A stretch of DNA of 32,000 bases from Cuniculiplasma divulgatum (GTDB taxonomy: Archaea > Thermoplasmatota > Thermoplasmata > Thermoplasmatales > Thermoplasmataceae), in assembly GCF_900083515.1 (NCBI RefSeq), contig NZ_LT671858.1, positions 1,170,001 through 1,202,000 on the forward strand, written 5' to 3'. Below the pieces are notes generated by a model, which saw nothing but the letters and a program-made list of their open reading frames with translations, was not told the origin of the DNA and did no database searches. A program made the translations under genes and the position numbers. Of the stretch, positions 15,127 through 24,269 are shown piece by piece (position 1 is the stretch's first letter; the number at the start of each line of letters is the position of its first letter).

Positions 15127-15879
15127 ATGACATACATGTCAGGTAATAAACAAGTTGCAGTAATTACAGGTGGTAATGGAGGAATAGGAAAAAGTATTGC
15201 CAGATCTCTTTTGAGAGACGGATTTTTTGTAGTTCTAGCGGATTTGAAAGATGAGGTAGCTGATACCGCCAGAGACCTTAAGAATGAAACAAATGGTAAT
15301 ATATTAGGAATGATGGCTGATGTTACTGATTTTACATCAACAGTGGAATTATTTAATAACATCATGAGAGAAACAGCAACTGAATCAGTGAGCGTTCTGA
15401 TAAATAATGCGGGAATTACAAGGGATGCAACAATAAGAAAAATGACTTATGAGCAGTGGGATCAGGTGATGAGGGTGAACCTGTACGGTGCATTCAACTG
15501 TACAAAACAGGTTGTTGAAGGTATGATCGGCAACCATTTTGGAAGAATTATTAATATTTCGTCCATAAGTCGATACGGTAACAGGGGACAGGCAAATTAT
15601 GCTGCATCAAAAGCTGGACTTGTAGGATTGACACTAACACTGGCCAGAGAACTTGGGAAATATGGCATAACTTCAAATGCTATAAGTCCAGGCATAATAA
15701 ATACGGAAATGATTTCAACCATTCCAGCAGAAATCCTCAAAGATTATGAGAATAAGATTCCATCCGGTAGACTTGGAAAACCTGAGGAAGTTGCTGAACT
15801 GATTTCTTTTTTATGCTCTGAAAAAGCTTCATATATAAATGGAGAGGTTATAAACATAAATGGAGGATTCTTTTTCTAA
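15127..15879 (+). CDS. Short-chain dehydrogenase/reductase, FabG-like 3-oxoacyl reductase
   Basis: Motifs are TGGNGGIGKSIA (TGxxxGxG), NNAG, the catalytic YAASKAG (YxxxK) and the C-terminal INGGFF. Confidence 0.88.
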   Translation: MTYMSGNKQVAVITGGNGGIGKSIARSLLRDGFFVVLADLKDEVADTARDLKNETNGNILGMMADVTDFTSTVELFNNIMRETATESVSVLINNAGITRDATIRKMTYEQWDQVMRVNLYGAFNCTKQVVEGMIGNHFGRIINISSISRYGNRGQANYAASKAGLVGLTLTLARELGKYGITSNAISPGIINTEMISTIPAEILKDYENKIPSGRLGKPEEVAELISFLCSEKASYINGEVININGGFFF

Positions 15880-15926
15880 ACTGGAATTTATTACAAAAAT
15901 AAATTTTTGTTCCGGTGAACTCTTTT

Positions 15927-16511
15927 CTAATTTTTCATTATGCTTTCTATTAGACTGTCAATCTCGTTGAATGGAAAATCTGATTTGCTATCATTATCCC
16001 AGAGAATAAACCTTCTAGCAAGAAAGTCAGCTGTGCCCATTAATGTATATGCAAGTATATTTGGATCTCTATCCTTAATTTCACCTTTTTTCATAGCATC
16101 CTTGAGATACTTCGCATAATGATCTCCAAGCATCCTGTAATGCCATTTGTAAGTTTCAGGTCTGTGTATCTCTGCCTCCAGGAGAATCTGGAACAGATGT
16201 GTGTTTTTCTTAACCCATTCAATAAAGGCACGAAAACCTCTCTTTTCTATATTTATTCTACCCTCAATTCCGTTTATACTGTCATGAATGTATTTCCTCA
16301 TTTCATGGTTATACTTCTTAACCAGTTCTTCCAGAAGATCGTCCTTATCCTTGAAATAAAGGTAAAAAAGCCCATATGACACACCAGCATTTCTTGTTAT
16401 TTCTCCAACACTTGCATTTGAATATCCAAGTTTAGCAATTGTTTCTATTGAACTTTTAATAATCTTGTTGAATTTTTCCTGACCTTTTTTGGTCTTTGGA
16501 TAGAGATTCAT
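15927..16511 (-). CDS. TetR/AcrR-family transcriptional regulator
   Basis: N-terminal HTH: IETIAKLGYSNASVGEITRNAGVSYGLFYLYFKDKDDLLEELV. Confidence 0.85.
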   Translation of the reverse strand: MNLYPKTKKGQEKFNKIIKSSIETIAKLGYSNASVGEITRNAGVSYGLFYLYFKDKDDLLEELVKKYNHEMRKYIHDSINGIEGRINIEKRGFRAFIEWVKKNTHLFQILLEAEIHRPETYKWHYRMLGDHYAKYLKDAMKKGEIKDRDPNILAYTLMGTADFLARRFILWDNDSKSDFPFNEIDSLIESIMKN

Positions 16512-16536
16512 GTCATTTACAATGATAAGCCGTTTA

Positions 16537-17526
16537 TTAAACCTTTAATATTACAGTTGCACCCCATGTCCATCCTGTCCCGGCCGAAACCAGGCATATA
16601 AGATTTCCAGGCCTTAAAAGATTCTTTTCTTCTGCCAATTTGAGTGAAATAAATGGATCTACCCCCTGCATATGTCCATAATCTTCTAGGTATATACTTT
16701 TACTCCTATCTATTCCAAGAGCATCCATAATTTCACGGTGAAATGATCTCTTTGTGTGAAGGAATGCCAGGTAATCAATATCCTTAATGTCATAACCTGA
16801 TTTTACTGTTGCCTCTGTAATCACCCTTATAAAATTCCTCAGTGTTGCATCAGCCATCCTTTCTTTCCAGGCCTTTTCCTCACTTACAGTAAGTTTATTG
16901 GACCAGATATCCTTATCTAAAATGAATGAACCACCAAAGGGTGCGTATACTACATCAGAGAACGATCCGTCTGTAAGGAATGCACTCTGTAATATTTCAT
17001 ATTCACCTTTTTCCTCAGAAATGAGTACTGCTCCAGAACCGTCTGAAAAATCATACATGAATGAACCTGTTCTGTCCTTATAGTTCACAATATGACTTTG
17101 CTTTGTAGCGATGCTAATTAGCGCATCAAAGTTGCTTTCAGATGAGATCCTCGATTTCATCATGTCGAGTGCAACTAAACTTCCGACACATTGAGAGGAT
17201 ATATCAAAAGATAGAGCTTCTTTTACTCCAAGTTTAGATGTCAGTGATGGTGCAAGTGTCCATATGTATTTATCCTTAAAATCTGATCCTGCTGAGACAA
17301 TATATTTTAATCTTTTAAGAGAACTGTCGGCCGGCCCAACTATTTTCTCAATTGATTTCATGCTGAGATCTGAAAGTGAAAGCTTTTCCTCAACAGGCTT
17401 TGAAACTATTCCCAGTTTCTCCCTTACAACATCTTCAGGTATGCCAGTTTCTTCGCTGATTGACTTAGCCGTCATCACATTTTCGGAAGCATAAATTGCA
17501 AATTTCTTAATGTACACTTTTTTCAT
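16537..17526 (-). CDS. KAS-III (FabH)-like thiolase-fold condensing enzyme
   Basis: Active-site Cys in DISSQCVGSLVALD, His in AFLHTKRS, and a FabH-like C-terminus SAGTGWTWGATVI. GHMQG sits where FabH has GNTSAAS. Confidence 0.75.
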   Translation of the reverse strand: MKKVYIKKFAIYASENVMTAKSISEETGIPEDVVREKLGIVSKPVEEKLSLSDLSMKSIEKIVGPADSSLKRLKYIVSAGSDFKDKYIWTLAPSLTSKLGVKEALSFDISSQCVGSLVALDMMKSRISSESNFDALISIATKQSHIVNYKDRTGSFMYDFSDGSGAVLISEEKGEYEILQSAFLTDGSFSDVVYAPFGGSFILDKDIWSNKLTVSEEKAWKERMADATLRNFIRVITEATVKSGYDIKDIDYLAFLHTKRSFHREIMDALGIDRSKSIYLEDYGHMQGVDPFISLKLAEEKNLLRPGNLICLVSAGTGWTWGATVILKV

Positions 17527-18787
17527 ATAATCTCACCAGTTCCTCTCTTGACACCTTACCTACAGCATTTCTTGGTAAATTATTAACAAAGATTACCCTC
17601 TTAGGAACTTTGTAACCTGATAATTTCATCTTTAGATCTTTTCTTAGCTGTTCTTCTGATTTTACCTCATTGGTCTTCACAAAGGCAACTACCGCTTCAC
17701 CCCAATAGTTGTCTGGCATTCCAATAACAGAGCATTCAACCACATAGGGTAAAGTTAGAATGATATCTTCTATCTCGGTTGCATAGACATTTTCTCCTCC
17801 AGTTTTAATCACATTCTTCTTCCTTTGCACAAAGAAATAGTATCCAAGCTCATTGGTTCTGAAAATATCTCCTGTTTTAAAATAACCATCCATTTCAAAG
17901 GGATCAATGTCGCTTCCGAACATGTATCTGGAGAAGAGGTGTTTACCTCTGATCAATAGCTCACCATCTTCCGCAAGTTTTACTTCTACAAATATACATG
18001 GAGTTCCAACAGAGTCCGGGAATTTTTTCTGGTTCTCTGGAGAAATGTAAAAATTATTAGGACCAGCCTCAGTTAATCCATAACCCTGAAACACTTTAAT
18101 ATTTATTTCCAAAAGCTTTTCATAGGTCTCTTTTCTGAGTTTTCCACCTCCAGATATCATTCTAACCTTGGAAAGGTCTTTCTTATAAAATTCGCTACTT
18201 GCCACTATTTTCTCATACATGGTTGGTACACCCATAAATATAGTTATTCTTTCCTTTTCTATGAGATTTATAATTTCGTCAGGATCAAAATTATTTTCTG
18301 AAAATATTACACTTCCTCCGGCAATTAGAGTTGGTATCAACAGGATATTCCAACCCCCTGTATGATATAAAGGCATACAAACAAGTGTTCTATCACTTTG
18401 GTTTATGCCCCATGTGAGAACTGTGTTAAATGCATTCCACATAATTGCATTCTCGGAAATTTCAGCACCCTTAGGAGTTCCTGTCGATCCTCCTGTTAGA
18501 AGGGTCAATACTGTTCTCTCAGGGTTATAATTCTGGTTAGGGTTTAGACGGTTGCCTTTAATACTCCTGTTTTTCAAAGTTTCAAAAGAAATTCCTTCAT
18601 TGTTAAAATCACTTATAATTAGTTTTGGCTTTGCATTGCTGATTACATGATCGTAAAGGGATTTCTCTATTACTGGATTTATAGGGAATAAAATTGCACC
18701 ACATTTAACAACTGCGAAAAATAGGATGACGTTATCAAGAGGGTTCTTTATTATGGATAAAATCACATCACCTTCTTTTATGCCCAT
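17507..18787 (-). CDS. AMP-dependent acyl-CoA synthetase/ligase (ANL superfamily)
   Basis: Motifs are LTGGSTGTPKG, GYGLTEAG, FKTGDIF, IKTGGENV and PRNAVGKVSR. The conserved N-terminal region continues upstream of ATG 18787 to 18916, with no canonical start codon. Confidence 0.85.
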   Translation of the reverse strand: MGIKEGDVILSIIKNPLDNVILFFAVVKCGAILFPINPVIEKSLYDHVISNAKPKLIISDFNNEGISFETLKNRSIKGNRLNPNQNYNPERTVLTLLTGGSTGTPKGAEISENAIMWNAFNTVLTWGINQSDRTLVCMPLYHTGGWNILLIPTLIAGGSVIFSENNFDPDEIINLIEKERITIFMGVPTMYEKIVASSEFYKKDLSKVRMISGGGKLRKETYEKLLEINIKVFQGYGLTEAGPNNFYISPENQKKFPDSVGTPCIFVEVKLAEDGELLIRGKHLFSRYMFGSDIDPFEMDGYFKTGDIFRTNELGYYFFVQRKKNVIKTGGENVYATEIEDIILTLPYVVECSVIGMPDNYWGEAVVAFVKTNEVKSEEQLRKDLKMKLSGYKVPKRVIFVNNLPRNAVGKVSREELVRLYEKSVH

Positions 18788-18916
18788 TTCACTTAGAACT
18801 AAAAAAATATGATCACTCTGTTCATCTATTTCTCTATACCTGAGTACCTTCTCTTCATATTTTACAAATCCAGTATTACCAGTATTATACCAATTTCTTA
18901 AAACCTTATCCAGCGT

Positions 18917-19735
18917 TTAAATCACCAATGGAGTTATGACCTTACTAAAACTCTTACTCATTACACTTGTGCAGAATTTATCTATTTCTGCATTGTAATC
19001 ATTGTGTCTTTCCATGTTGACCAGGTGTCCTGAATCTCTGAATTTTATAAACTTACTGTTGGGGAGTTTTTCATGAATTATTTCAGAGTTTTCAATAGGA
19101 ACTATCTTATCATCCAGTCCAGAAATTACCAGAGTTGGACATGATATATTCTGAATTTTATCTAAAACGTCGAATTTTATGAACGCCATTGACTGCTGTA
19201 TCTGCTTCACAATGGGAGAATCAAGGCTCCTTTCCTCTATAATAAGATCAATCAATTTTCTATTATTCAATACGGTTTTTTCTGAAAAAGCAGGTCTCAT
19301 TCTTTCAAACATTTCCTTTCCATTGGGAGGTTCTGAAAGAATCTTAAGCACATCCATTGAAGGCAACTTTGATCGTATTCCAAAATTAGTTGAAGAGAGT
19401 ACTAGTCCTTTTATCATTTCTTGATGTTCCAGGGCAAACTGTTCGGCTATCATCCCACCCATTGATACACCTATCAGAAAAAATTTTTCTAATTTTAATG
19501 ACTGTACAAGAGAAAATAGATCACTCTGAAAATCATCCAAGGTATAATATTCTTCAGGCTTAGATGATTTCCCAACTCCCCTATTATCGTAAAAGATGAG
19601 TTTATACTTCATGGAAAGGGTCTTCTGGAATTTCCACATCCACATTGAATAACCAAGTCCCTCAATAAAAACTATTGGGGTTCCTTTACCGACTACATTA
19701 TAAAATATTTGAATGTCCCCATTTCTTAGAATCAT
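18917..19735 (-). CDS. Alpha/beta-fold hydrolase
   Basis: Nucleophile elbow GVSMGG, an oxyanion-region IEGLG, and the C-terminal catalytic His in DSGHLVNME. An ATGA overlap joins it to the upstream MFS gene. Confidence 0.82.
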   Translation of the reverse strand: MILRNGDIQIFYNVVGKGTPIVFIEGLGYSMWMWKFQKTLSMKYKLIFYDNRGVGKSSKPEEYYTLDDFQSDLFSLVQSLKLEKFFLIGVSMGGMIAEQFALEHQEMIKGLVLSSTNFGIRSKLPSMDVLKILSEPPNGKEMFERMRPAFSEKTVLNNRKLIDLIIEERSLDSPIVKQIQQSMAFIKFDVLDKIQNISCPTLVISGLDDKIVPIENSEIIHEKLPNSKFIKFRDSGHLVNMERHNDYNAEIDKFCTSVMSKSFSKVITPLVI

Positions 19736-21132
19736 GGGGACACCGTTTCGAGTGGTTTTCTTGACGCTCTTGGACCGGCTAGCAATACAAAAGCTGCTAT
19801 TATTTCAAGTATTCCAAGTAAGATAAAGAAGTTTGCACCGGTTTTTACTATGCTAGCAGTGGTGAGAACAACCATCGCTGTAAATGCAAAAGGTACTATG
19901 GCTCCCCCCAGGTGACCAATACCATCTGAGAGAGCAAACCCAGTTGCCCTTGCCCTGGTTGGATATATTTCTGCAGTGTATGTATAAGCTGGCACTGCGA
20001 AGGCTGTTGCGAAAGACCCTAAAAAGGCACCTATGGTTAATAAAACTGCAGAATGATCATATAGAGCCAGTGCAAATAGAAATACTGCTATAATAGCTGG
20101 TATGAGTGCAGAGATAATCAGATATTTTCTTTCCCACTTATCAGCGATAAAAGTCATGGAGACTGCACCTACTATATAACCGGTGGATCCAAGACCAATA
20201 TACCATACTGCAGTCGTGAACAGAAATCCTGATGTGACAAATATCAATGGTGCAAATCCCAGTATACCGTAAGCCAGGAAATAGTCTAGAAACCAGAATG
20301 ATGCCACTATGGCTAATCTAGGACCATACTTTTTTGTAAATATTTCTCTCGTAGGAAAGTGTTCACCAGGAATCTCTCTTTCATAAGCGGGAATTTCAGG
20401 AAGCGTGCTAATCTTCTCCTTAACAAAAGACTCCATATCATTGATTATTTTCTCGGCCTCATCTGGTTTACCTTTAAGTACAAGCCATCTAGGAGACTCC
20501 GGCATACTAAATCTCAGGAAGACTATTGCCACCGCAATAACTGCTGGTATAGCAAAAAGGTACCTCCAACCGTCGGCATTTATTGGTATGATAACCAGTG
20601 CAATAAATGGAGCGAGAGCGAACCCAAGGGCTCCTGAAAAATACGCCCATTGAGTCATTTTTCCTCTCATATGAGATGGGGTTATTTCTGACATATATGT
20701 GTTGATTATGGATATCTCAGCACCGATTCCCATTCCAGCTATGAATCTCCCAGCTATTAATTCTGGGGCATTGAATGACAGAGCTGATATTAATGTTCCT
20801 ACGGCAACCAGTAAGGCATTGGTTACAAGCCCAAGCCTTCTTCCGACATAATCACTTATGGTTGACACAACGTAAGTACCAACTATATATCCAAAAAGAG
20901 TTGCAGAAGCAGAATCACTAAGTAGTATCTCAGTCAGCTTCAACTGTGAGACCATAGGAGATACGAACGCATAACTCAAAGCAAGTATATCGTAGAAGGC
21001 AAAAAAATAGCCAATTCCCAGAATTACAAGCCAGAACCTTGGATAGGGTCTTATGGGCAAACGGTCAAGCCTTGCCTGAATATTAGCAAGTCTTTCCCCA
21101 CTGTCATTAACATTACCTGACATAAAAGTCAT
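19732..21132 (-). CDS. MFS transporter (sugar-porter/metabolite:H+ symporter-like)
   Basis: It has many hydrophobic segments, DYVGRRLG (a motif-A-like GRR) and the PESPRWL signature. Confidence 0.85.
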   Translation of the reverse strand: MTFMSGNVNDSGERLANIQARLDRLPIRPYPRFWLVILGIGYFFAFYDILALSYAFVSPMVSQLKLTEILLSDSASATLFGYIVGTYVVSTISDYVGRRLGLVTNALLVAVGTLISALSFNAPELIAGRFIAGMGIGAEISIINTYMSEITPSHMRGKMTQWAYFSGALGFALAPFIALVIIPINADGWRYLFAIPAVIAVAIVFLRFSMPESPRWLVLKGKPDEAEKIINDMESFVKEKISTLPEIPAYEREIPGEHFPTREIFTKKYGPRLAIVASFWFLDYFLAYGILGFAPLIFVTSGFLFTTAVWYIGLGSTGYIVGAVSMTFIADKWERKYLIISALIPAIIAVFLFALALYDHSAVLLTIGAFLGSFATAFAVPAYTYTAEIYPTRARATGFALSDGIGHLGGAIVPFAFTAMVVLTTASIVKTGANFFILLGILEIIAAFVLLAGPRASRKPLETVSP

Positions 21133-21561
21133 ATGTCATATGAATTACTTAAATTTTTAGATACACATTAAATCATTTATATACAAGTTAAAAAAGACTT
21201 ACACCATGGTATCAGGAACAATACAAATTCTTTCTTAATTTACGCAACTTATGCTATTATAATTCCCTTTAATATTGATAAAATAGAGGAACCTACGTTG
21301 ATGCAATATTATAAAACATTTAAGGTGTAACAAGTGTATTAGCAATTCTAATGACTCTAAATTTCTATATACACAGCCTGATGTTGATTAAAAATTTTGC
21401 ATAAGATCTTGCAGGAAAGATTAACACTATCTATCACACTTTAGTTTTTCAATGAGCCTACATCGATTCAATTTATGAATCAACTTATTCAAAGCAAGTT
21501 GTTGATTTGTTCATGCAGAAACTCTTTATCTCAAATATATAAAAATTTGGTTGATTTATCC

Positions 21562-21569
21562 TTATATAT
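21562..21569 (+). promoter_or_regulatory. TATA-box-like element for msrBA (near-leaderless)
   Basis: TTATATAT is centred about 24-26 nt upstream of ATG 21589. Confidence 0.3.
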
Positions 21570-21588
21570 TGAAAATACATCTATTATT

Positions 21589-21963
21589 ATGGAAATGAGA
21601 AAACTCACAAAGGAAGAGGAGAGAGTAATAATTCACAAGGGAACTGAGTATCCATTCACTGGTAAATATGATGATTTCTTTCAAAAGGGCACATATGTAT
21701 GTAAAAGATGCGGACAACCTCTGTACTCATCAGAAGCTAAATTTGATGCTGGCTGCGGCTGGCCAGCTTTTGATAAAGAGTTTCCAGGAGCTGTGAAAAG
21801 AGTGCCTGATCCAGATGGCATGAGGACAGAAATAGAGTGTGCAAAGTGTGGAGCACATTTAGGTCATGTGTTCACAGGAGAGAGATTTACAAAAGAAAAC
21901 ACAAGACATTGCGTGAATTCGATTTCCATAGAATTTATTAAGGAAGGTGAAGGTAATGAGTGA
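21589..21963 (+). CDS. msrB: Peptide-methionine (R)-S-oxide reductase
   Basis: I trimmed track ORF 21475..21963 to MEMRKLTKEE. It has two CxxC zinc motifs (CKRCGQ, CAKCGAHLGHVF) and the catalytic RHCVNS. Confidence 0.9.
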   Translation: MEMRKLTKEEERVIIHKGTEYPFTGKYDDFFQKGTYVCKRCGQPLYSSEAKFDAGCGWPAFDKEFPGAVKRVPDPDGMRTEIECAKCGAHLGHVFTGERFTKENTRHCVNSISIEFIKEGEGNE

Positions 21964-22492
21964 AGAGGTAGCAATACTTGGAGCAGGATGCTTCTGGTGT
22001 ACTGAGGCAGCGTTTCAGCAAATAAAGGGAGTGAAAGAGGTTGTACCAGGATATGCAGGTGGACACGTTGAAAAACCAACGTACCAGCAGGTGTGCAGGG
22101 GAAACACCGGGCATGCCGAAGTAGGTAAGATCACTTTTGATCCGGAAGAAGTCTCATATGCAGAAATACTTGAGATATTTTTCTCAATCCATGATCCAAC
22201 TTCTCTGAATAGACAGGGGGCAGATGCTGGGGAGCAATACAGATCGGTCATATTCTATATGTCACCGGAACAGGAAAAAACTGCCAGGGAAATGATTAAG
22301 AAAATGGAAGAAGAACATGTTTACGGAAAACCCATAGTAACTTCTGTAGAGGCATTTACTAATTTCTTTGAAGCGGAGGATTACCATAAAAATTATTATA
22401 AGAATAATTCAAGAGAACCGTACTGTCAGCTTGTGATTTCTCCAAAACTGAAAAAGCTTCAGAAGAACCATCCAGAAAGTCTCAAGCTCTGA
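21956..22492 (+). CDS. msrA: Peptide-methionine (S)-S-oxide reductase
   Basis: The GCFWC active-site motif (GCFWG/C), plus GHAEV, YRS and DYHKNYY. ATG 21956 overlaps the msrB stop; the track start is 21947. Confidence 0.9.
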   Translation: MSEEVAILGAGCFWCTEAAFQQIKGVKEVVPGYAGGHVEKPTYQQVCRGNTGHAEVGKITFDPEEVSYAEILEIFFSIHDPTSLNRQGADAGEQYRSVIFYMSPEQEKTAREMIKKMEEEHVYGKPIVTSVEAFTNFFEAEDYHKNYYKNNSREPYCQLVISPKLKKLQKNHPESLKL

Positions 22493-22559
22493 ACTTTAAT
22501 CTATAAAATTATAACTATTAATTGAAAATGGAAATATAGTTTAAACCTATATGGGATAG

Positions 22560-23063
22560 ATGGCAGGTAGAATAAAAGTTATAAATGACCCCGGTGAGCT
22601 TGTTTCCATATTTCATGCCTCAGATTCAGATGTTAAGAGAAAGTTACTTATTGATCTCTCGACGAGCTGGATAACGATGCCTACCATAGCTGAAAAATAT
22701 GGGCAGGAAGGAAAGAGAGCGTTACTTTATCTCGACAAAATAAAAATGCTTGAAAGCCAGTGGATAACAACAGGAAATGGACCGGAGAAAGCATATCATA
22801 CATTTTACAATAATGTTCAAATTAACCTTATGGGAACGATGACTGAGCTTGCAGATATAATATTTGCCACAAATCTCAGTGAGGAAAAACTGGAAGAATA
22901 TGAAAATCAGTTGATTGAAATGATGAATGATACGGAAGGTGTTTTTCTTGGAGAAGCCTCAGAAAAATTGGGAATTTCTCAAACCTTTCTTCGTGGAATA
23001 GTGAAGAGATCCAGTATACTGCAAATTAAAGGATTTAAGATTGAAAAAGTGATTCCAGACTGA
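22560..23063 (+). CDS. Conserved-looking hypothetical protein, possible ArsR-like wHTH domains
   Basis: A track ORF with N- and C-terminal helix-rich segments (KRKLLIDLSTSWITMPTIAEKYG..., EASEKLGISQTFLRGIVKR). Its stop overlaps the trm56 start by 1 nt (TGATG). Confidence 0.5.
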   Translation: MAGRIKVINDPGELVSIFHASDSDVKRKLLIDLSTSWITMPTIAEKYGQEGKRALLYLDKIKMLESQWITTGNGPEKAYHTFYNNVQINLMGTMTELADIIFATNLSEEKLEEYENQLIEMMNDTEGVFLGEASEKLGISQTFLRGIVKRSSILQIKGFKIEKVIPD

Positions 23064-24106
23064 TGGCAGAAATTGTCATATATAGATACGGTCACAGACC
23101 CGCCAGGGACAAAAGGATAACGACCCATGTTGCCCTAACAGCCAGGGCAATGGGTGCAGGTTCAATAATTATAGATACAGGGGATAGGGGTATAGAAGAA
23201 AACATAGTTGCCGTGAACAGGAATTTTGGTGGACATTTTAAGGTTCAGACGGGAGTGAGTATTGAAAGATTCTTTAATTCTCTAGGTAATAATGATTTGC
23301 TGGTGCATCTCACAATGTACGGTAAACCTATAATGGAAAAGATTGAAGAAATAAAGGAAGCAAGCAGGGAAAAAGATAGAATTGTTGTGTTTGTAGGAGC
23401 TGAGAAAGTTCCTGGAATAGCCTATGCAAAAAGTAATTTCAACATTTCAGTTACGAGCCAACCAATAAGCGAGGTTTCAGCATTAGCAATATTTCTTGAC
23501 AGATTCCTTGATGGAAACGAATTAAAAAACGAAATGAAGGGCAGGCTTGATATAAATCCCAACGAACGCGGAAAAACCATAGAGTACTTTCCAGATGGAA
23601 GAGACTGCATGGAAATACTGCTTAACAGGGGTGCTAATGATAGATTGATAGAACACTGTGTTGCGGTGAATGAGGTTGCAATGATCATAAGTGAAAAAAT
23701 GGATTGCGATAGGAGAGTCGTGAATGCGGCCTCATTACTGCACGACGTTGGTAGAACCGTAACAAATGATATAAAACATGCACTAGAAGGATATAGAATA
23801 TGCGAAGAAGAGCATATTTCAAAAAAAATTTCCGAAGTAGTTCTAAAGCACACCGGGGCCGGGATAACAAGGGATGAAGCAATGGAACTTGGATTACCAG
23901 ATCTAGATTTCATGCCGGAAACTATTGAGGAAAAAATTGTTGCATGCGCTGATAATCTGGTCATAGGAAACAGGAGAATAGACATCAATGATCAGGTTCA
24001 AAGATATAAGAACAAAGGTCTTGATAAGGCTGCAACCAGAATTAAAGAACTCTACGAAAATGTGAGTTCTAAAGCAAAAATGGACATAAATGAGATTGAA
24101 ATCTAA
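23063..24106 (+). CDS. trm56: tRNA (cytidine56-2'-O)-methyltransferase (aTrm56, SPOUT) fused to a C-terminal HD domain
   Basis: The N-terminal ~180 aa are YGHRPARDKRITTHVALTARAMGA...LVHLTMYG...VGAEKVP...NISVTSQPISEVSALAIFLDR, which resembles Pyrococcus aTrm56 as I recall it. The C-terminal ~160 aa carry H...LLHDVGR...KHTGAGI...CADNL, an HD/HDIG phosphohydrolase pattern. Confidence 0.85.
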   Translation: MAEIVIYRYGHRPARDKRITTHVALTARAMGAGSIIIDTGDRGIEENIVAVNRNFGGHFKVQTGVSIERFFNSLGNNDLLVHLTMYGKPIMEKIEEIKEASREKDRIVVFVGAEKVPGIAYAKSNFNISVTSQPISEVSALAIFLDRFLDGNELKNEMKGRLDINPNERGKTIEYFPDGRDCMEILLNRGANDRLIEHCVAVNEVAMIISEKMDCDRRVVNAASLLHDVGRTVTNDIKHALEGYRICEEEHISKKISEVVLKHTGAGITRDEAMELGLPDLDFMPETIEEKIVACADNLVIGNRRIDINDQVQRYKNKGLDKAATRIKELYENVSSKAKMDINEIEI

Positions 24107-24158
24107 GGAACCATTCGAAAAAGTTAATTGGTTGATGTTAATTAGGCATAATAAGTAA

Positions 24159-24231
24159 GCCGCTGTAGCTCAGCTGGTAGAGCACACGCCTGTTAAGCGT
24201 GCGGTCGTCGGTTCGAACCCGACCGGCGGCG
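24159..24231 (+). tRNA. tRNA-Asn (anticodon GTT)
   Basis: A 73-nt cloverleaf. Acceptor GCCGCTG/CGGCGGC, anticodon stem CACGC/GCGTG, loop CTGTTAA, T arm GTCGG-TTCGAAC-CCGAC, discriminator G. Confidence 0.93.
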
Positions 24232-24269
24232 TTCATAAATATTTATTAATTATAACTTTATATGGTGGT

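Noticed and set aside
23422-23988. A 188-aa minus-strand ORF inside trm56-HD. The same applies to 23685..23882.
   Set aside because: It is antisense to a CDS with strong Trm56 and HD motifs. Its composition is Ser/Phe/Ile-rich, as expected for a shadow frame.
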